From the human T2T-CHM13v2.0 reference genome, Homo sapiens: 64,000 nucleotides of DNA. Under the pieces are notes generated by a model. That model was not told the origin of the DNA. It worked only from the letters and a program-made list of their open reading frames with translations, and did not search any database. Below, one piece after another: positions 1 through 13,456 of this stretch. Where the stretch lies: the NCBI RefSeq assembly GCF_009914755.1, contig NC_060947.1, one strand, 5' to 3'. The position numbers and the translations under genes are program-made. Position 1 is the first letter of the stretch; each line of letters opens with the position of its first letter.

Positions 1-438
1 CTATAAAATAGATCTCGGTTTGTAGGGTTTTACTATGATTTTGCATGCCATTTGATGTCCACAGGTATTTTTTAAGTCAAAAGGAAATCTGTAAATTAGG
101 AACTGTTAATTTCCTCTTCATTTGGGCATCCTAGGTAGACTGTACAGATTTGTTCCAAGCACCCCATTAATTTGAGATTAGCCTAAGTTTTTCCTATGCC
201 CGCACTTTGGAATATAAACATGTAGAAAATAGTCCATGACACAGCGGATGGGTTCATAAGTTTCTTCCGGGTCCTAACACCGAATTGTGCTGATGATCTG
301 GCAATGGAGGCTAATCTTGCCACATCAAGTACGGCCTATTCGCTAAGCCGTCTGGGGCACTTTATAATTTTTTTCTTTGCTGGTCTGTTTGAAGGGCTCC
401 TATGGCCAAAAAGGTGGTCAGTCCCGTCAGCTAGGCTG

Positions 439-481
439 TGAGGACGCCTAAACGCTTTGAGGACGCCTAAACGCTTTGAGG
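439..481 (+). repeat. 19-bp tandem duplication (TGAGGACGCCTAAACGCTT x2.3)
   Basis: Two exact copies at 439-457 and 458-476 plus TGAGG. Confidence 0.95.
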
Positions 482-673
482 TAGTGATGATGCATGATCG
501 TGTGAAAGAGTTTCTCAGAGCACCTCCCTCGCGGGGTGGGGAAAAGGACCTCACTCCCCACGCCCCCTCCTTCCGCTGCGGGAGATAGCCACACCTTCCC
601 CCTATCGGCGCCAAGCAGGTGGCCAGGCCCTCGGGACCTCGCGCCCCCGCAGCCAGTGGCCCGGCCAGCTCGT

Positions 674-687
674 GCGTCACGTGACGC
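674..687. promoter_or_regulatory. Palindromic E-box / CLEAR-type element GCGTCACGTGACGC (USF/TFEB/MITF-type site)
   Basis: Perfect 14-bp palindrome containing GTCACGTGAC, ~700 bp upstream of the inferred TSS; motif match only. Confidence 0.6.
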
Positions 688-805
688 GGGTCAGCTGCAC
701 CGCCGGGACCTCCAGGCACCGCGGCGGCGACCGCCCAGCGCGTGGTCTCGAGATCTCATCTTTCCGCGCCCCTCCCCCCACGGTCCCGGAAAAGGGGGAG
801 GCCGG

Positions 806-813
806 TGACGTCA
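806..813. promoter_or_regulatory. Full CRE palindrome TGACGTCA (CREB/ATF)
   Basis: Exact consensus inside the CpG island; motif match only. Confidence 0.6.
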
Positions 814-1380
814 TCATCCGGGTTCTTGTCGGCGGGGCTACGGTTCACAATGGAACAAAAACAAGCGGCCCGAGTCAAACTATGAGCGACGCGGCTGCGG
901 CTCACGCGATTAACCCTGTCGTGGCCACACACCCCGCCAGTCCCTGCCGCCCAGCCCCTCCCGAGTGGTGTGCCAGATCTTTTCGGGCCTCCCTTCCCCA
1001 ACTTCGGTCCTAGAGCCACCTCTGCCCTCGTCCCGCTCCTGAGCCGAGGGGCATGGAACAGGATTTCTGGCGGTAGCACGACCCTGAAGGGGCCAGCCGG
1101 AAGAAACAGTACTGCGCGAACAATCTTTACCGCATTGTCTTCCCCTCCCCCACCCTAGCTCTCCGGGTTCCCGGCGGCTCGCGCCCAAGCCCGGCCCCCT
1201 CAGCGGCTCGCGCTGCTCTCCCAGCCTTGACGGCCCGGGGTGGAGGGAGAGAAGAGGGGGCAGCTGAGCGGGAGGGGGCTGGGCAGGAGCAGGGGGAGGG
1301 CCGAAAGGAGGGGCCTGAAAGGGGCGGGCCCTGACGGGGGCGGAGAACTTCGGGTCTTGGGCGGCTCTGGGGCTAGTGGG

Positions 1381-2044
1381 AGTCTGCGCCGCCGCCGCCG
1401 CCGCCACCGCTGCTGCCGCCGTCGCCGCTACCGCCGCCGCCACTGGCCGAGCGGTTTTTTTTTTTTTTGGTTTGCCGGATCCGCCATATTGACGAGGACG
1501 GGCATCCGCGGCTGCGGACGCTAGTCTCCGCCGCCGCCGGAGCCGCAACCTCTCCGCACCCGGCCCCGTCAGGGCCTCTGTCGCGCCTAGCCCCTCCCCG
1601 CCTTACACAGCTCCCGGGCCTCGCGGGAGCCCGCCGCCGCCGCCTCTCTCTCACGGGAGGCGGCCGCCTTAGCGCCCGGTGCTTGGGTCGGCGCCGGGAG
1701 CGAGGAGCGAGCTACTTCAAAGCCACCAGGCCTGGAGCGGGGACAGAGGCGGCGACTAGGGGAAGGTGAAGCCGTCGCTGCAGGAGGAGGAGCAGGAGGA
1801 GGTGACGCAGGAGAAACGCACCGCCCGGAGCCCGTCTGAGCTCAGCGAGAGCCCCAGCCTGAGGGGAGAAGGGGAAGAGGGCCGTCGCCGGCCAAGGAGG
1901 AGGAGGAGGCGGGCGCGGCGAGGAGCGAGTTCCGGCGCCGGTGTGCAGCCTTTTGGTTGAGACGCCCGCAGCCCCGAGCCCGGCCGCCGCAGCCTTTCGA
2001 TACACTTTGTTGCCGGTCACCCCCGGGCCTGGGATGCACCCAGG
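1381..2044 (+). other. USP9X: USP9X non-coding exon 1 (5'UTR); 5' end approximate
   Basis: Lies in CpG island; ends at donor CAGG|GTAGGT (GT at 2045); start inferred, not directly visible. Confidence 0.75.
1388..1441 (+). repeat. Interrupted GCC trinucleotide repeat in 5'UTR
   Basis: (GCC)6 ACC GCT GCT GCC GCC GTC GCC GCT ACC (GCC)3. Confidence 0.9.
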
Positions 2045-3925
2045 GTAGGTCTCGTCCCGGGACCGAGCCCCACCGTCGCCTGGTGCCTCCCGCCTCCGTG
2101 TGCCCTGGTTGTGAGAAGACGTCTGTGTCGTGCGGTGAGTGGCCAGCTGCACTGGGGCGACGCTCTTTCCCGGGGCCAACAGCTGGATGTGGGTGAGGGG
2201 AGGAGGGCGAGGGGGGTGTGCGTGTGTGCGAGCCTCTTCCCTCGGCGGCTGCCGGCCAGGCTGGGGCTTCCCCGTTCCCCCTCCTCCGGCCCGGGCTGGG
2301 CGGGCGCGCGGGCCCGTGTTGTGTGTGGAGCCGGTGTCCCGAGAGCGTGTCTGTGTGTTTTGGACTGTAAGGGAAAATGGCTGACGGCTCCGTCCCTCCC
2401 CCTCCTCCCCCTTCCCGTCCTGTCTGGGGCCGAGTAGGAGGATGGAGTCTCCGGGCGTGGCGGGCAGCCCCCCCGCCGTCCGCACCCGGGGGCCGGGTCG
2501 GTTTGGGGGCTGGCCGCCCCCCGCCCGGCGGCCGCTTTCCTACCCGGTCTGGTTCCACTTGACACCAAACGCCATTACTGAGGTGGAGTGATTTGGAGCT
2601 GGGGAGCTAGGCCTCGGCTACGCCTGGCTATCAGGCCTGACGACTTGTCCGCCTCCCCCCACCCTCCCGCGATAACCCGCAGTTTCTCCCCGGCCCTGGG
2701 CTCCTGGAGTGGGAGCTGGGTTATCGGCCTCCTACACCTCCTTCGCCCCGCTTTATTTGCAGAGGGCCAAAGCCGTGAAAGGGGTTTTTGAATGCAGAAA
2801 TCGCTTCCAAGCTAGCTTGGACCTATTACCTTTCTATTTTTAACTGTTTCTGCAAATATTAGCATGTGCGAGTTTGGTAGTGATCAGGTCTTCAGATTCT
2901 TGTGACGTGAGGCTTAGGGTTGGATAAATGGCTGATTTTTCATTCATTGTGAAATAAGTTAAAGAGTTATACAGCAGGTGTGTAGATGGCTTCTTAAATT
3001 ATTTGTGTGGATTTCTGTAGCGACTAGAACTTACACGAGAATTTGCAAAATTTCTCGTAGAACCTGCTTAAATTAAGCATGTTATTTTTTGGAAGTTCCA
3101 TAGTTATAACGTTAATTGAATTTACACGGTGCAGTTTACAGGTGTATATAATTGCTTCAGATTGTCTTTTAGTTTAAATAAGCAAGTTGTAGGTATAGAT
3201 TAAATATTCATGCTTTATTTTTCGGGGAGAGAAGTATGTGTACTGTTCTTTTACCTGGAAACCCATGAGTCCCTAAATCTACTTAACGTTTGTATACTTT
3301 CACTTTTGAGGAAGAATGATTTGGGGTGCATTGATTAGGAAACTTTCCAGCAGGTACTTAACCCTCTCGGAGCTGATTACCCTTAGGTAAGGACTCCTTA
3401 ACCATGACTAGCTTGGCTGGTTAGTACACTTGAACTCAAAAATAGAGACTATAAACTCTCCTTTAGATCTCGCTCGTCTTCTAATTCGCTGGGCTGCCAT
3501 TTTGGTTTCAGCAAATACCTTCAAATTCTTGAAGAATTATGTATTAAATATAAAAAAGTGTCAACATTCGTTTTCTCAATTTTTAAACTCATGTGCTGTG
3601 TCATACATCTAACTTTAACCCTTTAAACTTTATCGTTCCAGCTTTTGGGTGGAGTGAAAGCTTGAAGTATTTGGAATTGGTGTTCCACAGGTGAACTCAA
3701 AATGTCTTTGGTATTTTACTGTTTTATTTTCTCTAATTTAAAAATAGGACGTTTGGACTATATGAATTCTCTCTACCCCTTTTCTTGTATTTTTTTGCAT
3801 GAACATGTAACTTGTAATTCTGGTTATCAGCGTTCTCATGTTTCTTTTGTTTGCTGACCTTGGTAGTTTCTGAGAATTTCTGGAGGGAGTAATAGCACCA
3901 GCAACAGTACATGTGAGAATCTTAA

Positions 3926-4268
<343 letters not shown>

Positions 4269-4944
4269 GTTCTCATGTTTTATCTATGGAATGCTCAAGT
4301 AGGATTTACTTTAGATCTTTTTTCTTCCAGAGTCTTGTTTTTAATATCTTAAGGTATGAGATTTCTTCGCTATCTTCTCAGAGATTTTTCTTTGACATGG
4401 TGGTAATAATGCAGCTTATGGTTTTGAAATGGATGTTTGTCATGAATTTGCTAATCATCCAGTTCTTGATTAGTTGGTCACACAACAAGTGTCTTTGAGC
4501 TTATTTTTATTTAATAAGATCAATTTCTAACGTTTTAGTTTCAAAATTTTAGTATTAAAACCAATCTTTGTTTAAAACAGATGTTAAGAATTAGTTATTT
4601 GAAATATCTAGCAGTGTGTGTTAATGGATTAGTGTTCTTCTAAGTCTTTTGGGCAGTGAAGGTGAGGGGGGTCTTATCCTGAGATTGAGTTAGTTGATTT
4701 TTATTCTGAAAGAACGTATTACTTTTTATGGTAGCCTACATTATGTTTCCCCTCTTGTAGGTATGTTTTCTGAGTCTTGAATTGTTTTTCTTTTTTTTTT
4801 CAAAAAGGGAAAAAACCGGATTTTAGTTGTCATTTGGTTCTTTTAGGAGCTGTGTTTTTGAAAGCCATCCTGTGTATTGCTAAGTTCTTGTATTATTTTA
4901 ACATAGAGTTTAACGTTAATATTTGGGAAAGAGTTAGTGCATTG

Positions 4945-5130
4945 GACCTCAACCCTGACTGGACATGAGAATCACTTGGCGGGGTTAAAAAACAACCACA
5001 ACAAAAAAACTGATCCCTGGGTTCCACCCCCAGAGACTGATTAATTGGTCTGATAGGGAGCCTGGGCAAAGGTATATTTTAAAAGCATTGTGGATGATTC
5101 TTACATGCATTTGGAGTTGAAAACCACTGG
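4945..5130. mobile_element. MER5-like hAT DNA transposon fossil
   Basis: AGAATCACTTGG...CAGAGACTGATTAATTGGTCTG...TTGAAAACCACTG resembles MER5A. Confidence 0.6.
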
Positions 5131-5927
5131 GCTATTGTTTTTATCATGTTGTTAGAACTTTCAAGTGGATAAATAAGAAAATGGATTTTTTTCTCAATTG
5201 TTTTCAGTTATTAGCATGATTATCATTTGAGCATTAATTGTCTGTCAGCACTGTTAAGCATTTTCCATTTATTGCCTTACGATGGGTCTGAGGTCTGTCA
5301 GGTTCAACCAGTGGTGCTTCGACTACTGTGCTATGTTAGTGAAATGACACTGATTGCTATTTTTAAAAAAGCATTTAGAGCTTTTGGTTTGTTTCTCGTA
5401 CCAGAGTAAGTTAAGATATAGTTTAGTTTTTAAGACTATCAAGATAGTCTCCAATTTGATAAATATCTTGGTTGCCCAAGGGAGATGTTAAAAGCTATGT
5501 GGCAAATAGGTTTCTCCCCTTCCATATATCTTCCAGCGTGCTCAGGGTGATAGTTTAGTTGGTGCGTTTATGACAAAATATTACACAACATTCCTAAAAG
5601 GTGTAGAAACTATGCATTTGTCTCCTAGTAATTTATTTAAATGATCCCACAAATTACCGTTTAGTGTCACATGAAATTCTGTTATCTCAGTTTGAGAATT
5701 TAGAGTTTTATTTGTCTTAGTCAAAATCAGTTTGATTTTGATTAAGCGTTTTGAATTTTGTGTTGTTTTGGGATTGATGTATAATTGTTTTATGGAACGA
5801 ATGAAATAACAATAACAGACATTTATTTGGAGTTTCTGTCTCTTAATCCCCTTGGTCCATTGGACCAAATTCTGCATGGTGGGGGCATGGCAGCAGGGAA
5901 GCCTATAGGAGTTTAGGATCTATGAGG

Positions 5928-6229
5928 GTTTTTTTTTTTTTTTTTTTTTTTTTTGAGACAGATTCTCACTCTGTCACTGAGGCTGGAGTGGTCACGGTTC
6001 ACTGCAGCCTCCACCTCTCCTGGGCTCAGGTGATCCTCTCCCCTTAGTCTCCTGAGTAGCCGGGACTACAGGTGCTCCCATGCCTGGCTATTTGTATTTT
6101 TTTTCTCTTTTATAGAGATGGGTTTTGCCTTGTTGCCTAAGCTGGTCTTGAACTGCTGGGCTCAAGCTGTCTGCCTACCTGGGCCTCCCGAAGTGTTAGG
6201 ATTCCCGGCATGAGCGACTGGGCCCGGCC
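5928..6229 (-). mobile_element. Alu (old, AluJ-like)
   Basis: Poly-T tail, diverged dimer, flanking CTATGAG repeat. Confidence 0.9.
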
Positions 6230-8549
6230 CTATGAGCATTCTTAGTGTGACACAAGATTCCCCAAAGATCTTTTTGTTAAATTATAGAAAATGAGACTAT
6301 AAGGATCATGAAAAAAGTTGATGTAATAAGGAAAAAGACTTAAAACTTCTAACACTTACCTATATTGGGCATTGAATTTATAATTTATTGTGGATTATAA
6401 AGTGATGACCATTGTAATATACTTTTAAAGAATAACTTGTGAAAAAGTATATTGTTAGGATGAGATCGCTTACCTAAAATTTATTCTTCAAAGATACTCA
6501 TGCTAAATCTTGGTGTCTTCAACGTGTGTATACACACATATCTTATATTTGGCAGCAAATGGATTTTCAATTTTATTCTCAATCACTGCCTAACAAGGAT
6601 TTTCTACCACCTCTGTGTATCAATCATCTGTGGAGCTTTTTCAAAATATATATTTGCTCTATAGGTGAGTCTGATGTGTAACCAGAGGTTTTTTTTTGCA
6701 GTCCCTTTTAGGGAAAGGGGAGAATTGAGACCCTTTGCATGTCATGTGTTCCACCATTAGGCAGCAGTACTCTTGTTTGAGTTTCGTTTTGTTAGTCACA
6801 CAGTCAAAAATTCCAGACTGAAACACAAACATGTAGTGAAAAGCTCAAACACTAGAAGAGACAGGGATTCCACACTCACATGTATTATATACAGTATATG
6901 TGCACATATATATCAAATTTATTGTCACTTAGCACCTTCTCGGTGTTACGGTTCCAGCTCTACTATAAACATTAATATCTGTTAAGACATTTGTTTCCTT
7001 TTTAATCCGTTCAACAAATACTTCTGGGGCATCTGCTGTGTGCTAGGCACTGTTCTAGAGATTACTGTTGTCTAGAAGCTAACATATGAAGTGAGGTGGG
7101 CTGGACTAGCTGATCTCTAAAGTCTTTAGTGCTAGTTTTCTGGCATTCTTTTATGTACCTCGTAGGAGAGATTGGATTAAGTTGTTATTTAAAAAAACTT
7201 TGTTATGGTATATGCCAATTGAATTTTTTTTGTCACTCTAAATAGAATTTCATTCTGAACTCCAGTTTTCTCCAGTGAGCCCAAATGTCAAGTATAGTAG
7301 AAATAGGTTCTTTTGGAATTCTTGGCATACTGGCTTTAGGAATAGCTGTACTTCTGATGCTGTTAATTTTTGACCAGAAATTACATACTCTGGTGTCACC
7401 CCTTACTCCTGCCATTCCTTTGCTGTATTGATGCTCTATTATCTCTATACAGTGTGTTTTTCTATTTAATTTACTTTGTTTAGGTGTTTTGATTAATTTT
7501 GTCCTCACAATTCTATCTTTAAGGTTAGTGGCTTTCATTCTAAGTCAGTGATAATATCCTTAGCACCTAGAAAGTGCCTGGCATATAGACATTTAGTAAC
7601 TGTTGGATGAATATAGTTTATCACATTCTTGCTATTTTACTTATTTTTTGCTAAATCTTTTTACTTCTGGGAGTCACTTTTCTTACTAATCTCATTACAA
7701 TGAGAAATCCTGGAAGAGATCTCAATTCTTTCTAGTCAGACCCTTCATTTTTCAGATGAAAAAAATGGCTCAAAGAGGTGAAAGGTGAAGTAACTTGACC
7801 AAGATAGCATGCCATAGACTACCTTCTTTATGAAGCTATATCTATATGTGTCAAATCACATTAATTATTAAATTCTCTGTAGTCACTCATAAAATTAACA
7901 TTAAACTGTCTCCCTGGTAATGGATAATAAGGTCAGGGATTCTGTCCTTTACCTTTGTATATTACAGAGCACCTAGAATAATACTGTTTATAATAACCAT
8001 TTGATTACCTGAATGGGAAAATCTGGGGCAGTATTTAACTTGCAGTACCTCCAACCTCTTGTACAGAATTGATTCATCTTCATTTTATGGCACCCTACAG
8101 TTTATTCTTATTAATCATGTGAGCTTTGAACACCATGTTAGTCAACCATAATCAAAGGAATTGTTTTCCTTGGGATGAGTTTGAGCTGGTGATCGTGCAT
8201 ATTAGATCCCATCTTCTACAGAGCCTGTGAATTGGGTGGAAAGGAAAAAGGGAGTGGCGAAGCCTCCTGTTAGTATCCTTGATGTCCATTTTATTCCTGC
8301 TGACTTTGGTGGCTATTGAGAGTTATAAGTTGAGGCTGTTGGTTACATCTCTCATTTCTAGTCTTTTCTGTTAACTGGTTACTTAGAACTCCTAAGTAAG
8401 GCCGCTCATTATTAACTTGGACCCCAGAGAGCATGGAAGTTACCGTATAGTATTGAACCCATTTCTGCCTAACAGTGTTTTCTCTCTGGTCGAGGTGTAG
8501 TGTACAAAGTTTTGGTTGCTCTGCTTGGTAACATCTCTGGAGTTCAGAG

Positions 8550-8886
8550 CACAGGGATCAGTAAACTTTTTCTGTAAAGGGCCACATAGTAAATACTTTG
8601 GACTTTGTGGGCTAAGAGGCAAAATTGAGGACATTGGGTAAAATTTTTATTGGTGAAATAAAAAATATAATTAAATACAGTTATGTATAACTTAGGTCTA
8701 ATGAGAAAATTTGGTGTGTGTGTGTGGAGGGGAGGTAATACAGTATTTTGCTTTATTGGGTAAAGTTCAGTGTTCCCTGTCATCAAATTGATTGCAGACG
8801 TTCTGTGTGAAATCCATTCTTACCTTGTGAGCTGTACAAAAACAGGAGGCTGGAATTGGTCTGTTACCATAGTTTGCCAGCCCCTA
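8550..8886. mobile_element. MER58-like hAT DNA transposon fossil
   Basis: CAGGGATCAGTAAACTTTTTCTGTAAAGGGCCA start and CCATAGTTTGCCAGCCCCT end. Confidence 0.65.
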
Positions 8887-8900
8887 GTTAAGAGCAGTGA

Positions 8901-9663
8901 TTTTTTTTTTTAAGAGGAGGGGTCTCGCTGTCACTCAGGCTGGATTGTGGTGACGCAATCATAGCTCATTGTAGCCTGGAATTCCTGGGTTCAAGGCATC
9001 CTCGCACCTCAGCCTGCCGAGTAAGTAGGACCACAGGCCGACATCACCTCACCTGGTTAATTTTTGTTAGAGAACAGGGGTTTGACTGTGTTTCCCAGGC
9101 TGGTCTCAAACTCCTGGCCTCAAGCAATCCTCCTGTTTTGGCCTCCCAGTGTTGCTGGGATTATAGGCCTGAGCCACTGTGCTTGACCTCCTATTTGATA
9201 CACTATATGTTAACAACTCTGAACCTCCTTTCCTTAAGTCAGGTTCAAACTTCTGTACATTAGCTGATGAAAGGGATTTCTTTTTATTGCAAGGTGGTAT
9301 TGCCTGAGAATAGTTTGGTTTCAGCAGCTTTGCTGTATTTGTACGGCAGTATCTTGTGTTTATGTGCAAGTTCAGATGTATTTTGCCTTTTTATAAGAAT
9401 GAGCAGAAAACAAAAAAGTAAATGGCGCGATCTCGGCTCACCACAACCTCCGCCTCCTGGGTTCAAGTGATTCTCCTGCCTCGGCCTCCTGAGTAGCTGG
9501 GATTACAGGCATGCGCCACCACACCCAGCTAATTTTGTATTTTTAATAGAGTTGGGGTTTCTCCATGTTGGTCAGGCTGTCTTGAACTCCCGACCTCAGG
9601 TGATCCGCCTGCCTCGGCTTCCCAAAGTGCTGGGATTACAGGCATGAGCCATCATGCCTGGCC
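8901..9663 (-). mobile_element. Two antisense Alus (8901-9188 AluJ-like; 9421-9663 lacking its 3' tail)
   Basis: Alu consensus similarity. Confidence 0.88.
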
Positions 9664-10195
9664 TACCTGGAGGTCTTAAATATCCTTGAGACAGAGGGAA
9701 CTGGTTAGGGATATGAATCTTAAACCTTACTGGATTAGGTTGTGCTCATTGGTTAGGTTAGTTGGCTTTGTGCAAATAGTGAATGCAATAATTAGAATGA
9801 AATAGGAATTAAGTGAGGCAAATGTATGATGAAGTTTACATTTGAAAGGTGAGGGTATAATTAGAAATAAAAGTTTCTGTACTCTGTGAGTGGGAAAAAC
9901 CCCTAAAAAGGTGACTGTCGTTTTTGAAATTTTTGACTTCTCTCACATTTTCGGGAATGTGAAAGGAGGATACTGGCTATGTACAGCATTTGTCCAGACT
10001 TTTGAAAATATAGAAAATCTCATTTACTCATTTAATTAGTGTGTATATTATCTGTTTACTGTGTCCTTTGTAGATATAATTAATTATCCAGGATTCTTAA
10101 GAGTTGACTTGGAGCATGCTGAGCTGAGGCAAGAGGGATTGTGGGGCCAGACTGAGTGTTGGAGGAGGAACCTACTGTAGTGACTACAGGTGTAT

Positions 10196-10500
<305 letters not shown>

Positions 10501-10654
10501 TGTGTTTCTTGTCTGATGTCAGTGCATGTCGTTATCTGAGCCATATCAATGTCAGCTGAGGATTGCTTTGTTATCCTCGGTGCATTATGGGAAGGAGAAT
10601 CATGTCAGTGCTACCTTACTGTGATTGAATTGAATTCATTGATTTAATATAGAT

Positions 10655-11189
<535 letters not shown>

Positions 11190-11387
11190 TCAAGGCTCTG
11201 AAGTATGGTGAACCAGACAGTTATACAGTGCAATTACAGCTGTATTAAGTGGAGGTGTGAAAAGTGTAGTAGGAGAGATGGAGAAATCATTGTTTGGCAT
11301 TGGGTGAGGTCTTCAAAGATGTCCTATTTTCATGGCCCTATTAATTAGAGCAGGGACTTCCGGTCAGAGGGATCAACTTGAGATCAG

Positions 11388-11558
11388 GCAGGGTTTTTTA
11401 ACCCTATTGACAGTTTGGGGCAGATAAGTCTTTGTTGTGAGGTGCTGTCCTACTCAGCCCTGGCTTCTACCCACAAGATGCCAGTGGTATAGCCCCTACC
11501 CCACTCATATGTCTTCAGACATTGCCAGTTGTGCCCTGGGGGCAAAATTGAGAACCAT
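11388..11558. mobile_element. MER20-like DNA transposon fossil
   Basis: CTATTGACAGTTTGGGGCAGATAA...ATGTCTTCAGACATTGCCA...GGGGGCAAAATTGAGAACCA. Confidence 0.65.
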
Positions 11559-12458
11559 TATTTGAAATGGAGCAATGCAAGTGTGAAAGTATAGTGTTTT
11601 CAGAGTAAGAACTAGTAGGAGAGTGTGCAAGGAACACTAGAGATACTGGGAGGGGAGGGGTTATGGGAGATGGAACTGAAAGGTAGTTTGAGTGAAGCTA
11701 AAATCACAAGGGGTAACCTTGAGTGCCATGTTAGGACATTTGCCTTTTACTGTTAAGGTAATGAGAGATGTACTTTGAAGTTTAAGTGAAAGGAGACATT
11801 AGATTTGTGTTTGTTTTTGAAAGATAATTCTGATGGCATTCGTGGCAGATGTGTTGGAGAGTTGAGTGTCGGGGGATTGAGATGGTATTTTAACCGTTCT
11901 TCTGAAAGATAAGAAATAATGATTAGGGAATGGAATAAAGGAAGGAGATCAATGGGGTGCTCCCATGGTATGAGGGAGGTGCTGCTAATTTGAGTTTGGC
12001 TTTTCTGCCACAGAATGGAGTACTGAGCTAAAAAGCAAAACACCTCTATTGTCTTCCTTTCAACTTTTCCTGCCACCTCCAATTCCCTTTCCTCACTGAG
12101 AGCTGCTGTCTGTTGAGGTCTGTTGAAAGGTCATTGAGAGAAGGGAATCTGGGTTACAGAATGACTACTCTCTCAATGTGGTTCCTTAAACAGTGGATTA
12201 TCAAAGCACAAGTGTCATCTTCCCCCCCGCTCCCCGCAAGGGGTTAGACTGGCATCCAGAGAGCATTAATTGTAGCCTCTCCTTGGTTTGTGTAGATGTT
12301 ATTTTGCCCTAAAATACTTTGATATACAAACATAGGTGAATAATCTGATGGTTTAATTGTAATTATTTCATTGCTTCCTATTTTGGAGGTTAGCTTTACT
12401 ATTTTAAGTGAGAATGTAGTCAGTGGAAGGGTACTGGACTTGGAGTCACAAGATCTGT

Positions 12459-12765
12459 GTTTTATTTTTTTATTTTATTGATTTTTTGAGACAGAGTCTC
12501 GCTCTGCCGCCCAGGCTGGAGTGTAGTGGTGTGATCTCAGCTCAGTGCAACGTCTGCCTCCTGGGTTTAAGTGATTCTGCTGCCTCTGCCTCTCAAGTAG
12601 CTTAGGATTACAGGCACCACCACCCACGGCTAATTTTTGTATTTTTTGTAGAGATGGGATTTTACTATGTTGGCCAGGCTGGTCTCAAACTCCTGACCTC
12701 AGCTGATCAGCCTGCCTTGGTCCCCCAAAGTGGTGGAATTACAGGCATGAGCCACCGCGCCTGGT
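12459..12765 (-). mobile_element. Alu
   Basis: Full dimer; diverged TSD CAAGA.CTGTG.TTTA. Confidence 0.92.
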
Positions 12766-13456
12766 CAAGAGCTGTGCTTTAGTTCCAGTTACCCAACTCC
12801 CTGTGTTAAATCACTTAGCTAACCTCTTGGGTCTTCATGACTCTGTAAAACCAAGATGTTGGGCAAGAGGTGAGTTAAACTACTACTTTTTTAAGTTCTT
12901 AAATTTTATCTTTATTCCTAAAGATGTGGAAAAATCTGTAGTCAAGAGAAATTGTCAAGTAAAGGAAAACAGAGAAGGTAAACACTTTAATGGGTTTAGA
13001 AGTTGGTTATATTCCTCCATTTACTTGTCAATCCAACAACTTGAATGTCTCCTCTCCCTTGTTTCTCCTGTGTGGTCTGAAGGGCTTTATTTTATTTAGA
13101 ATCCTGTGGGTTAATTGTGCTTGGCCCACAGCTTGTACTGTGAATTTAGGGACCATAGACTTTGTAGCCAGGGGTATAATTTCTTTGTTGGCAGAGCAAC
13201 TTAAAGTTTGGTTAAGTTTTCATCTGCAGTCTAGTGCTTTAATAACATAACTTGCTAAAAAGTGATATAGCCTGCTAGGGGAAATAGTATTTAGGGGGAA
13301 ATTATTTTTTCCGAATTGAAGATGAAAATACACAGATAAATACAGTAATAGTGATTTTTATCTGGCACAGATGGTTTCAGAGAAAATGTTGATACCTCAT
13401 TTCTTATTTTACTGTAAGAGAACTAGCAAAAGAAGCTTATTTTGTTTCTTAGGTGA

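Larger units (their letters stand above)
530..2760. promoter_or_regulatory. USP9X: CpG island / promoter of USP9X spanning TSS, exon 1 and start of intron 1
   Basis: Very GC- and CpG-rich stretch contrasting with AT-rich, CpG-poor flanks; GC boxes near 1321-1345; no obvious TATA box. Confidence 0.93.

Noticed and set aside
747-754. TCTCGAGA as a BANP/ZBTB33 motif
   Set aside because: The recognised motif is TCTCGCGAGA; the central bases are missing
336-2791. Many long overlapping ORFs on both strands (e.g. 910..1548 poly-Ala, 1712..2485, 1842..2558)
   Set aside because: Expected stop-codon scarcity in a CpG island; low-complexity P/G/R/A peptides, mostly non-ATG starts; poly-Ala and poly-Lys come from the GCC repeat and T14 run
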